Part shown: positions 1 to 9,368 of the stretch, one piece after another | How the letters are laid out: every line of letters begins with the position of its first letter | Numbering within the stretch: position 1 is the first letter of the stretch | Origin: Candidatus Eiseniibacteriota bacterium | GTDB lineage: Bacteria > Eisenbacteria > RBG-16-71-46 | Assembly (NCBI GenBank): GCA_963717505.1 | Contig: OY970342.1 | Coordinates: 1,792,001-1,856,000, forward strand | Length of the DNA: 64,000 nt | Direction: 5' to 3' | Position numbers and translations under genes: made by a program | The notes under the pieces: generated by a model | The model's database searches: none | What the model saw: the letters and a program-made list of their open reading frames with translations, nothing else | What the model was told of the DNA's origin: nothing

Positions 1-1257
1 GTCAGCGACAGCCTAATCCTAGCCAGCTTGCCCACCGGCGCGACCAGCGGGCCCATCACGGTGATCAACCCTTACGGCTCGGACACGAGTGACGAACCTC
101 TTACCATCGGTCCGCGTCTGGGGAGCATCAACCTCTCGTGGAGCGACTGCGGCACCTACGGAGATGCGCTGCATCGGTTCGCGTGCGACAGCAACGCCGG
201 TACCCCGTTTGACCTAGTCGCCTCGTTCCGGCCGCCGCCGGAAGTTGCACGGGCCACCGGTCTCACGGCGGTCCTAACGATAGCGAATCCCAACGGCGTG
301 CTGCCCGACTGGTGGAAACATGGTGCCGGCGGGTGTCGTGTGGCGTTCGCAAGCAGCTTTGACTTTACGTCCGGCCCATTCTCCTGCGTTGACTTGTTTC
401 AGGGCATCGCGGTCGGCGGTGGGTTGGGCTACCTGGCCGGCGGTTCCGACCCCTCGCGTGCTCGTGTCGTCGTCCAGGCCGGGATTCCTGAAGAGCTGGC
501 GGGGTCGCTAGACCCGAATGTTGAGTACTACGCGGCGATCGTGCGGGTACGGCGAAGCAACACCGTGGGTACGGAAGCTTGTGCTGGCTGCGAGACGCCC
601 GTATGCATCGGGCTCGAGTCGGTGACAATCTCCCAGCCGCCCGAGTTCGGCTACGACCCCATGATCGACATGCCGGCCGACAACACAGCGGTGGCCTGGC
701 AGAACTTGGATCCGGCGTGCTTGGCGATCGTGCCGGTGCACGTGGTGGTGGTGGTGGCCGAGGCCGACGTCGACCGCATCCGGATCGTCTGGGAACTGCC
801 GGGGGCTGAGGGTGCAACCCTCTATCGCCGCGAGATCGATGGCGAGTGGCGTCGTCTGGAGCGGCTGGTTCCTGATGGCGCGCACCGAATCGAGTACGTG
901 GATCACGACGTGCGTGCGGGCGTCACATATGGCTACCGGCTCCAACTCGATGGTGAAGAGGTCTTCGTTGGCGAGACATCGCTGGCGGTGCCCAACCGGG
1001 CGTGGACGCTCGCGCTCGGCGGGCTGAGTTGGAGCAGCGGTAGCGTACGAGGGACCATTACGCTGCCTGCAGCCGGCCCCGCGGCGCTCGAGATCTTCGA
1101 CCTGGTCGGGCGTCGCCGCGCGACCGAGCGGCTCGACGGGCTCGACGCCGGCGAACACCGTGTGGATGTGCGCACGGCGCTCCGCCCGGGGGTTTACTTC
1201 GGGCGCCTCACACAGGGGCGTGCAGCGGTCACACGCCGGTTCGTCGTGGTGGAATAA
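1..1257 (+). CDS. Secreted multidomain protein, 5'-truncated: end of IPT/TIG-like domain, Cys-rich domain, FN3-like domain, FlgD/T9SS-like CTD
   Basis: Frame is open from base 1. 'PTGATSGPITVINPYG' resembles an IPT/TIG end. 'INLSWSDCG..FACDSNAG' domain is shared with 1556..4492. C-terminus is 'LEIFDLVGRR..PGVYFGRLTQG..RRFVVVE'. Confidence 0.75.
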   Translation, partial: VSDSLILASLPTGATSGPITVINPYGSDTSDEPLTIGPRLGSINLSWSDCGTYGDALHRFACDSNAGTPFDLVASFRPPPEVARATGLTAVLTIANPNGVLPDWWKHGAGGCRVAFASSFDFTSGPFSCVDLFQGIAVGGGLGYLAGGSDPSRARVVVQAGIPEELAGSLDPNVEYYAAIVRVRRSNTVGTEACAGCETPVCIGLESVTISQPPEFGYDPMIDMPADNTAVAWQNLDPACLAIVPVHVVVVVAEADVDRIRIVWELPGAEGATLYRREIDGEWRRLERLVPDGAHRIEYVDHDVRAGVTYGYRLQLDGEEVFVGETSLAVPNRAWTLALGGLSWSSGSVRGTITLPAAGPAALEIFDLVGRRRATERLDGLDAGEHRVDVRTALRPGVYFGRLTQGRAAVTRRFVVVE

Positions 1258-1259
1258 TC

Positions 1260-1559
1260 ATGAACTCCGGCGCGTAGCCGGGCGATTTCTCGCTTGGGCA
1301 GAACGAGCCGAACCCGTTCGGAGAGGGGACGCTCATTCGCTTTACAGTGCCACTCAAGACTCAAGTGAAACTCGAGGTGTTCGACATCCATGGACGCAAG
1401 ATCAGAACTCTCGCGCGAAGCGAGTGGCCTGCCGGCGAACACACCGTCGAGTGGAGTGGGCGCGACGAGCAGGGGCAGCGCGTGAGCCCGGGTGTCTACA
1501 TGTATCGGATGGAGGCCGGATCATTTACCTCCAGCCGCAAACTGGTGATGTCGCCATGA
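1260..1559 (+). pseudogene. Isolated FlgD-Ig/T9SS-like CTD remnant
   Basis: ATG at 1260 and in-frame TAG at 1275-1277, followed by 'FSLGQNEPNPFGEGTLIRF..LEVFDIHGRKIRTL..WSGRDEQGQRVSPGVYMYRM..SRKLVMSP'. Confidence 0.6.
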
Positions 1560-4492
1560 CTCGTGCAGTGACCGCCGGCGACCGCCAACAGTCCAGATGG
1601 ATCGGCCGTGGTTGCGCTTGGATCGCGACTTGGTTTGTCCTGGCTAGTACCGTGGACGCCTCAGCGCCTGTGGTACGGGCCAGAATGGATGTGTCTGGTG
1701 GCAACCCGTACCTCGAAAACTCGCCATTGATCGCGACTAGCGGGCGCGACCTGGCTGCGGTGTGGTTTGACCTCGGCCTGGAAAAACTTCGCGGCGCAGT
1801 TTCTCGTGATGGTGGCGTCACCTGGTCGGGTTCGGTCATTCAGCCAGGACCAACCGAGAGAATACGAGCAGGCGGATCAACGTGCATCGATGGAAGTGGC
1901 ACCGCTTTCTGTGCTGCTTACGGGGACGACGGCACGCTGGGTGAAAGTATCTTTGTGTTCAGCGGTTCCTTCGATGACGCCTCGTGGCAGTGGAGACGCC
2001 GACCAAATGCTATTCCCTACGTACTCTTCGACCATGACCTAGACGGCGTTCGCATTCTCAGCGATCGCTCGAGCGACGTGCTCTACCTGGTGTATACCTT
2101 TAGGCCAGAGCGCTATCAGGGTCGCGTCCAGTTCGTTCGCTCGACCGATGCGGGTGCGAGCTGGTCCCCTCCTATGGAATTGAGCGGCAGCCAGTGCAAC
2201 ACGGCGCAACTCGCGCTCGGACCGGACGGCGAGCTTTACGTCGTGTGGGAAGACTATGTCGAACGAGCGATCATCGGCCGCAAGTCCACGGATCTTGGGG
2301 TGAGCTTCGGCGCGCCATTCACGCTGGGGACTATTCGCGACAATCTCAGCTTCGGACCGCCCGGGTGGGATAATCCTTACAGCAGAGAAGTGCTGGACAA
2401 TGTGGAATGCATGGACTTCCCGGCGTTCCTCGGCGTTGCCGTGGACACAAGCAACGGACCGCGTCGGGGGACCATCTACGGGGTGTGGAGCGAGTATGCC
2501 CTCGGAACGGTGGACCCTGACCCATTGCGCACCGTAGTCGAGACCGAGCCGAACGGCAGTTTCGTGAACGCCACCCCGATTCAGATCGGGGACGATGTCA
2601 GTGGTGCGATGGTGGGGTCGGACGTCAGCAGCGACAACGACGTTTTCACGTTCGAGGCCACGGCCGGTACGACCATCCAGATCACCGGTAGCGCCACCTA
2701 TTGCCAACCGGTGGCCGGGTGCATGCAGCCGTCGTTCGGTATCGGGTTGGTGTGTGGCGACGATCCCGCGAACCTGACTCCAGTCGGGTGCGGGTCGCTG
2801 TATGACACGAGCTCGATCCCGCCGGCGATCTACACGCTGCCGACCAGCACGCGCTACTACCTGGGATTGGTTGGCAGTCGAGGTACGTTTGACTACGACC
2901 TCCAGATTCGCGAGTACATGGTGACTCCGGGGGAGGGGGCGCAAGACCACCGCGACGTGGTGTTGGTCCGCTCGACCGACGGTGGCGCGACGTGGTCGGA
3001 CAAGGTGCGGGTCAACGACGATGCGCCGAGTTACGACAACGCGATGCCGGCGGTGACGGTCGACCACAACGGTCGGGTGTACGTGGCGTGGTACGACCGG
3101 CGCGACGAGCCGGAGTGCAGCGCGCAGGTGCAGACGTATTGGACCTGGTCGGAGGATGGCGGTACGAGATTCGCCCCATCGCAACGGGGGAGCGAGCAAC
3201 CCAGCGATGGCCGAAGTGGTGTGTGGCAAGTTGGAGACCACCTTGCGCTGACCGCTGACGGCGACCTCACCTACCTGTTGTGGACGCACATCCCGGTCGG
3301 AGGCGAGGGGGAGGTCCTGGGGGTGGTGATCGGTGATCCGATCCCCGGCGGTATCAACCTATCGTGGGACGACTGCGGCGCGGCGGGTGGCGCGATCAAG
3401 ACTTTCGCGTGCGACAGCAATACGGGTCTACCGGCGGTGGCGGTGGCGTCGTTCGTGCCGCCGCCGGGCATCGGGCAGTTCCTCGGCGCCAGTGCGGAGC
3501 TGCGGATCGGCACCGACGGCTCGACCCTGCCCGACTGGTGGCGTCACGGCACGGGCCAGTGCCGTGGCGGCACGGGGTTGGCGCTCGCCTACACGTTCTC
3601 TGAGGGACCGTTCACCTGTACGGAGTACGGGCTAGGCCAGGCGGGAGGAACGCATTTCTACGAAGTGGGCTACGGAGGTGCCAACCGGGCGCGCTTGCTG
3701 GTGCAGTACGTGGTGCCGAAGGAAGACCAGGGCCCGCTGGACCCCGGCACCGAGTACTACGCGTTCCGCGTCAACCTGCTGCGCACCAAGACCACCGGCG
3801 CTGGGAGTTGTGCGGGGTGTGATGTGCCGGCGTGCATCGAGCTTCAATCGCTCCAGATCCACCAGCCACAGGAGCAGTACTACAGCCCGGTTTTGATCCA
3901 GCCCCTCAACCGGAACTTCGTGTCGTGGCAGGGCCCGGCGTGGGTGTGCGACGTGGCGACGCCGGTGCTGGCTTCGTTGGTGTCGGCGGAAGCGAGCGCT
4001 TATGAAGTGCGCATCGTGTGGCAGCTGCAGGCGCCGGAGGCCGCGGTCTACCGTCGCTCCGGTACCGAGGACTGGGCGCTACGTGCCCGGCTGACGCCGG
4101 ATGGCTTGGGCCGGATCGGTTACGTGGACCGCGACGTGGTGCCCGGCGAGCACTACGGCTATCGGCTCGGAGTGGCGGCCGAGGGAGGCGAGGTCTACGT
4201 CGCCGAGACGGAAGTCACGGTGCCGCTCGCCGAGCTGGCGGTGCGTTGGCTGCGCCGAGCCGGGAGTGGGCACGGCGCGGTGTTGATGTTCACGCTCGCG
4301 AGCAGCGAGCCGGCGAGCGTCGAAGTCTACGATGTGGCCGGGCGCAAGTGGGGATCGCGGAAGCTCGAAGGTCTGTCCCCCGGGCAGCACGAGGTTACGG
4401 TCTCCGGGCAGCAGCGGCCGAGCCCCGGGGTGTATTTCGTCCGGCTCGCGCAGGGATCGAGAACCACGACGGCACGCTTCCCGCTGCCGTGA
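1556..4492 (+). CDS. Secreted sialidase-like/BNR (Asp-box) beta-propeller protein with inserted PPC-like domain, Cys-rich domain and CTD
   Basis: Asp-boxes SRDGGVTW, STDAGASW, STDLGVSF, STDGGATW, SEDGGTRF. 'ETEPNGSFVNAT' is PPC-like. Hydrophobic signal present. ATG 1556 overlaps the upstream TGA (ATGA). Confidence 0.75.
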   Translation: MTRAVTAGDRQQSRWIGRGCAWIATWFVLASTVDASAPVVRARMDVSGGNPYLENSPLIATSGRDLAAVWFDLGLEKLRGAVSRDGGVTWSGSVIQPGPTERIRAGGSTCIDGSGTAFCAAYGDDGTLGESIFVFSGSFDDASWQWRRRPNAIPYVLFDHDLDGVRILSDRSSDVLYLVYTFRPERYQGRVQFVRSTDAGASWSPPMELSGSQCNTAQLALGPDGELYVVWEDYVERAIIGRKSTDLGVSFGAPFTLGTIRDNLSFGPPGWDNPYSREVLDNVECMDFPAFLGVAVDTSNGPRRGTIYGVWSEYALGTVDPDPLRTVVETEPNGSFVNATPIQIGDDVSGAMVGSDVSSDNDVFTFEATAGTTIQITGSATYCQPVAGCMQPSFGIGLVCGDDPANLTPVGCGSLYDTSSIPPAIYTLPTSTRYYLGLVGSRGTFDYDLQIREYMVTPGEGAQDHRDVVLVRSTDGGATWSDKVRVNDDAPSYDNAMPAVTVDHNGRVYVAWYDRRDEPECSAQVQTYWTWSEDGGTRFAPSQRGSEQPSDGRSGVWQVGDHLALTADGDLTYLLWTHIPVGGEGEVLGVVIGDPIPGGINLSWDDCGAAGGAIKTFACDSNTGLPAVAVASFVPPPGIGQFLGASAELRIGTDGSTLPDWWRHGTGQCRGGTGLALAYTFSEGPFTCTEYGLGQAGGTHFYEVGYGGANRARLLVQYVVPKEDQGPLDPGTEYYAFRVNLLRTKTTGAGSCAGCDVPACIELQSLQIHQPQEQYYSPVLIQPLNRNFVSWQGPAWVCDVATPVLASLVSAEASAYEVRIVWQLQAPEAAVYRRSGTEDWALRARLTPDGLGRIGYVDRDVVPGEHYGYRLGVAAEGGEVYVAETEVTVPLAELAVRWLRRAGSGHGAVLMFTLASSEPASVEVYDVAGRKWGSRKLEGLSPGQHEVTVSGQQRPSPGVYFVRLAQGSRTTTARFPLP

Positions 4493-4565
4493 CGATGCCC
4501 GAGTTGTACAGCCCCTACGGACTCGAACCGGCCCGTATCGCGAGCCCGAGACCCGTCGTCGTCCC

Positions 4566-4943
4566 CTAGCGATCAAGCGCCTTTCGGCTCGCCGGCCGCC
4601 GGAACGCCGCCCGCACCGCGGCCACCAACTCGTCCGGCTCGACCGGAGTGAGGGCGAAGTAGGTCGGCCGCAGGCTCTGGAGCGCCCGTTGGTCTTCGAG
4701 CGACGCCGGATCGGAGATCAGGATCAGGGGCAGGTCGGGCGCCACCCGGCGCAACAGGTTCAGCACACCCATCTGGTGGTCGCCGTGACCGATCTGGCAG
4801 ATGACCGCACCCGGCCGCTCGCGCAACGCGTGCTCGATCAGGTCCTCGCTGTCCTTGCAATGGACGATGGTGTGCCCGTCGGCTTCCAGCCGGGCCACGG
4901 CCGGGTCATCGGGTGCCAGACAGTGTTCGCAAAGCAGCACCAT
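4566..4943 (-). CDS. Stand-alone atypical (pseudo-)receiver domain protein
   Basis: Receiver-like pattern 'RPGAVICQI..GVLNLLRRVAPDLPLILIS..YFALTPVEPDELVAAVRAA'. The phosphoacceptor Asp and conserved Lys are absent. GGGAAGG RBS upstream. Confidence 0.65.
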   Translation of the reverse strand: MVLLCEHCLAPDDPAVARLEADGHTIVHCKDSEDLIEHALRERPGAVICQIGHGDHQMGVLNLLRRVAPDLPLILISDPASLEDQRALQSLRPTYFALTPVEPDELVAAVRAAFRRPASRKALDR

Positions 4944-5083
4944 GGCCAAGAGACCTTCCCTCCGCGCCTCGACCGCGGCGGAGTGGCGATGAGGTTTCGC
5001 GCGGCAGCATGCCTTGGTGTACCGCCTACACCAGAGGTCGCGACCACGGGTGTGGCCCCGGCTGCCGCGCAAGCCAGTACGCA

Positions 5084-5098
5084 GCAACCGTCGTGCCG
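5084..5098 (-). promoter_or_regulatory. Sigma-54 -24/-12 promoter for the pseudo-receiver gene
   Basis: Minus strand reads CGGCACGACGGTTGC(T), matching TGGCACG-N4-TTGC with GG-N10-GC spacing. Confidence 0.7.
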
Positions 5099-5215
5099 AG
5101 GAGTCCGGGCCTTCCGCGAGACCGCAAACCGATGCGGGATCTCGCCGAAACGTCGCGGAGCCGTGGCGGGAGGGCGGCGCTACCTGACAGGCCGTGCCTC
5201 GAGGCTGCCTCGATG

Positions 5216-6595
<1,380 letters not shown>

Positions 6596-6603
<8 letters not shown>

Positions 6604-7784
6604 CCTCGCCTCCCGGTCCATTGCGCGGCAGCGTCGACCACGAAACGGGCGCCCTGCCCGGGAGCGCTCTCGACCGCGATCGTGCCTCCGTGCTTCTCGA
6701 TGATCGTGCGGGTGATGCTGAGGCCGAGGCCGGTGCCCTGGCCCGGCGGTTTGGTGGTGAAGAAGGGATCCCAGATCCGATCGCGATGCGCGGGCGGGAT
6801 CCCGGGGCCGGTGTCGCACACTTCCAGACGTACCGAGCGGCCCTCGGGCGCCGGTGCGAACGGTCAGAACTCCCCCGGCCGGCATGGCCTGGACCGCGTT
6901 CAAGCACAGGTTCAACCAGGCGCCGCGAATCCCGCTCTCCCGCCCCCAGATCGGCTCGACATCCGGGTCGAACTCCTCGACCGACTCGGATCCCCTGCTT
7001 GCGCAGGGGGTGGCCGAGCAGCGTGACCGTGTCGTGACCGGCGCGATTGACGTCGACCCAGGTCGAGGAACCGGTGTACGGCTGCGCCGAGGAGCAGCAG
7101 CTTGTCGGTGGTCTCGCGACTGCGCATCGGTCTCGCGCTCGAGCGTCTCGAGCACCTCGGCCGCTTCCGACGAAGCGCCCGGCGTCAGCTCGGCCGTCCG
7201 TTGTCAGCCAGCGCTGCAGGCTCTCGACTCCGGCCAGGATCGAGGCCAGAGGGTTGTTGATCTCGTGCGCCACGCCGGCCGCCAGCATCCCGAGCGCCGC
7301 CAGCCGCTCGCTGTGCGAGAGCTGGCCCTCGAGCTGACTGCGGTCGGTGATGTCGCGCCACACCTCGACCACGTGACTGACCTGGCTCGGACGCGTCGAG
7401 GATCGGGTTCATGACGACCTCCCAGCGCCGCAGCGCGCCCTGATCGTCGGGGATGGCGTGAAGCGCGCGGCTGGGCTGGCCTTGGGCGATGACGTCGCAG
7501 GCGGCGCACGACGACGAACCCTGCCCGGACCCGTGGAGTGGGCAGTGCACCGCGTCGTGGCACTCGTGTCCGACCACGGCTTCACCCCGGGCGCCGAAGA
7601 CCTCGACGTAGCGGCGATTGGCGGCGACCACCCGGCGATTGCGGTCCACCACCAGCACCGCGTCGTTCAGCCCGTCGATGAGCTGGGGCAGGATCGCCTG
7701 GATCCCGTCCAGGTCGTAGCGAGAGGGCGCTTCGATGGACGCGTGCACGGTGGAGCGTCTGGTCTCAGGCTCGTGAGGAGTCAT
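6596..7784 (-). CDS. PAS-domain sensor histidine kinase (NtrB-like), frameshifted
   Basis: PAS with Cys/His cluster. H-box [13 protein letters not shown]-box [11 protein letters not shown]1 DTGPGI, F-box WDPFFTTK, G2 GTGLGL, distributed across frames. Confidence 0.85.
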
Positions 7785-7865
7785 AGGTCGGGCGTCGCTT
7801 TGCGATTTGGCAGCCTTGGACGTCGTAAGAAACCGACGTTCTGGCACGTTCGCACGTGCCGATCA

Positions 7866-7878
7866 TGTCAGGTTGACA
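7866..7878. promoter_or_regulatory. Palindromic candidate activator binding site (UAS)
   Basis: TGTCA-GGT-TGACA about 100 bp upstream of the sigma-54 motif. A second palindrome, GGCACGT-N4-ACGTGCC, is adjacent at 7843-7860. Confidence 0.4.
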
Positions 7879-7975
7879 GCCGCGAATCCACGTCGATCTT
7901 GGGCAGATCGAGGACCGGCAGGGTCCGCTCGTTGTGCGCCAGAGGGTTGCGGGTCCGTCACCCGGGGCGAAGCCG

Positions 7976-7990
7976 TGGCACGGCGCATGC
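7976..7990 (+). promoter_or_regulatory. Sigma-54 -24/-12 promoter for hsp20
   Basis: TGGCACGGCGCATGC with GG-N10-GC spacing, 107 bp before the ATG. Confidence 0.6.
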
Positions 7991-8097
7991 GGATCCTGTC
8001 CGTCGGAGCCGCGGGTCCGCCCGACCCGTGGGCAGTGTCGCGGAGGCGCCGAGCGCGCCCGGCCTTCGCGGAGAACTCAGGCGCGGGAGGGAAAGCC

Positions 8098-8538
8098 ATG
8101 AGAGCCCTGATGGCACCCGAACGAGGGTTCGCGAACCTCCGTCGCGAGATGGATCGCATGCTCGAGAGGATGTGGGAGCCCGACGTCTTCGACATGGAAC
8201 GAATCGGGGAATGGCTCCCGCAGATGGACGTCTCGGAGACTCCGGACGCGGTCAAAGTCCGCGCCGAGATTCCCGGGATCGACCCGAAGGACATCCAGGT
8301 CACCCTGGAAGGTCAGCTCCTGACCGTCAAAGGTGCAAAGAATCAGGAGCAAGAGGAGAAGGGCGAGCGCTTCTATCGGAGCGAGCGCAACTACGGTTCG
8401 TTCGTGCGGACGATCCGCCTGCCGGCGCCCATCGAGGGCTTGAAGGTGGAGGCCACCTTCAAGAACGGAATCCTGACGATCAGGATGCCGAAGGCGGCGG
8501 CTCGGCACGAGCAGGTGATCCCGGTCAAGGTCGAATAG
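8098..8538 (+). CDS. Hsp20/alpha-crystallin small heat-shock protein
   Basis: 'PQMDVSET..AEIPGIDPKDIQV..ERNYGSFVRTIRLP..ATFKNGILTIRMPK'. GGGAGG RBS. Confidence 0.92.
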   Translation: MRALMAPERGFANLRREMDRMLERMWEPDVFDMERIGEWLPQMDVSETPDAVKVRAEIPGIDPKDIQVTLEGQLLTVKGAKNQEQEEKGERFYRSERNYGSFVRTIRLPAPIEGLKVEATFKNGILTIRMPKAAARHEQVIPVKVE

Positions 8539-8630
8539 CCGCGCCAGGCCGCGCGCGGAGGCCCGGCGAGGCTCCCCGCACGCGGTTCGTCGCTTGGGAC
8601 GCGGCCCCGGCTCAACCGGAATCCCCGACG

Positions 8631-8667
8631 CGGGGCGGACGATGAGGTCCGCCCCGTCGTCGTTTCT
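8631..8667 (+). terminator. Hairpin between convergent hsp20 and cytochrome c genes
   Basis: CGGGGCGGAC-GATGAG-GTCCGCCCCG stem followed by a short T-rich tail. Confidence 0.55.
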
Positions 8668-8687
8668 CTACCTGATCGAAAAAACGC

Positions 8688-9278
8688 CTAGCTGCCGGTC
8701 GCCGGAGTGCTGGGCGGCGGTGGCATGTTCTGCGCGTCCCAGGCCGGCGGCGGCGGCAAGACGACGATCGGGGTCGTCGGCTTCCCGCCCGGGGGAACCA
8801 CGGCGGGAAGCTGATGCGGGATCGGCGGCAAGCTCTTGAGGTAGGCCGCGAGCGCGTAGGCGTCTTCGTCGCTCATGTGCGCAAAGCCCGGCCACGGCAT
8901 GGGCGGCAGGATCGGCGATTTGTCCGGCCGATGGCCGGCACGAAATGCGGTGACGATGTCGTCCTCGCTCCAGCTCCCGATGCCGGTTTCCGGGTCGGGA
9001 GTCAGGTTGCGCGCATAGCTGGTACCCCACGGACCCTGCCAACCCAGATCACTGCCCGAAAGCATGCGGGTGGTGTCCGGCGCACCATAGAACGCGCCCG
9101 GCGTGTGGCAATCGACGCATCCCGACGTGTAGGCCATGACCTTGCCGCGCGCCACCTTCTCGGCGGCGGTCATCTCTGCGGGCACCTGAGCCGTGGTGTT
9201 GGTACACGACAGCCCGGTCACAGCCAACAGCGCTACAGCCAGCCAGGATCCGACTGCGGTCCATCGAGTCCAGCGCAT
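8688..9278 (-). CDS. Monoheme c-type cytochrome lipoprotein (alcohol/gluconate dehydrogenase cytochrome-subunit-like)
   Basis: Lipobox-like GLSC, heme motif CVDCH, 'YARNLTPDPETGIGSW', 'MPW'. Confidence 0.8.
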   Translation of the reverse strand: MRWTRWTAVGSWLAVALLAVTGLSCTNTTAQVPAEMTAAEKVARGKVMAYTSGCVDCHTPGAFYGAPDTTRMLSGSDLGWQGPWGTSYARNLTPDPETGIGSWSEDDIVTAFRAGHRPDKSPILPPMPWPGFAHMSDEDAYALAAYLKSLPPIPHQLPAVVPPGGKPTTPIVVLPPPPAWDAQNMPPPPSTPATGS

Positions 9279-9368
9279 CTTTCCCCCTCGAGAGGTACGT
9301 GATTCGGTTGACGTTCTGTGTTGGGTCAACGTGCTGCTGCCGCCGGACGATGGCGGAAGCGCGACCCT

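Noticed and set aside
1275-1277. TAG as pyrrolysine or genome-wide recoding
   Set aside because: TAG terminates many normal genes here (hsp20, clpB, nosY) and no pyl genes are seen.
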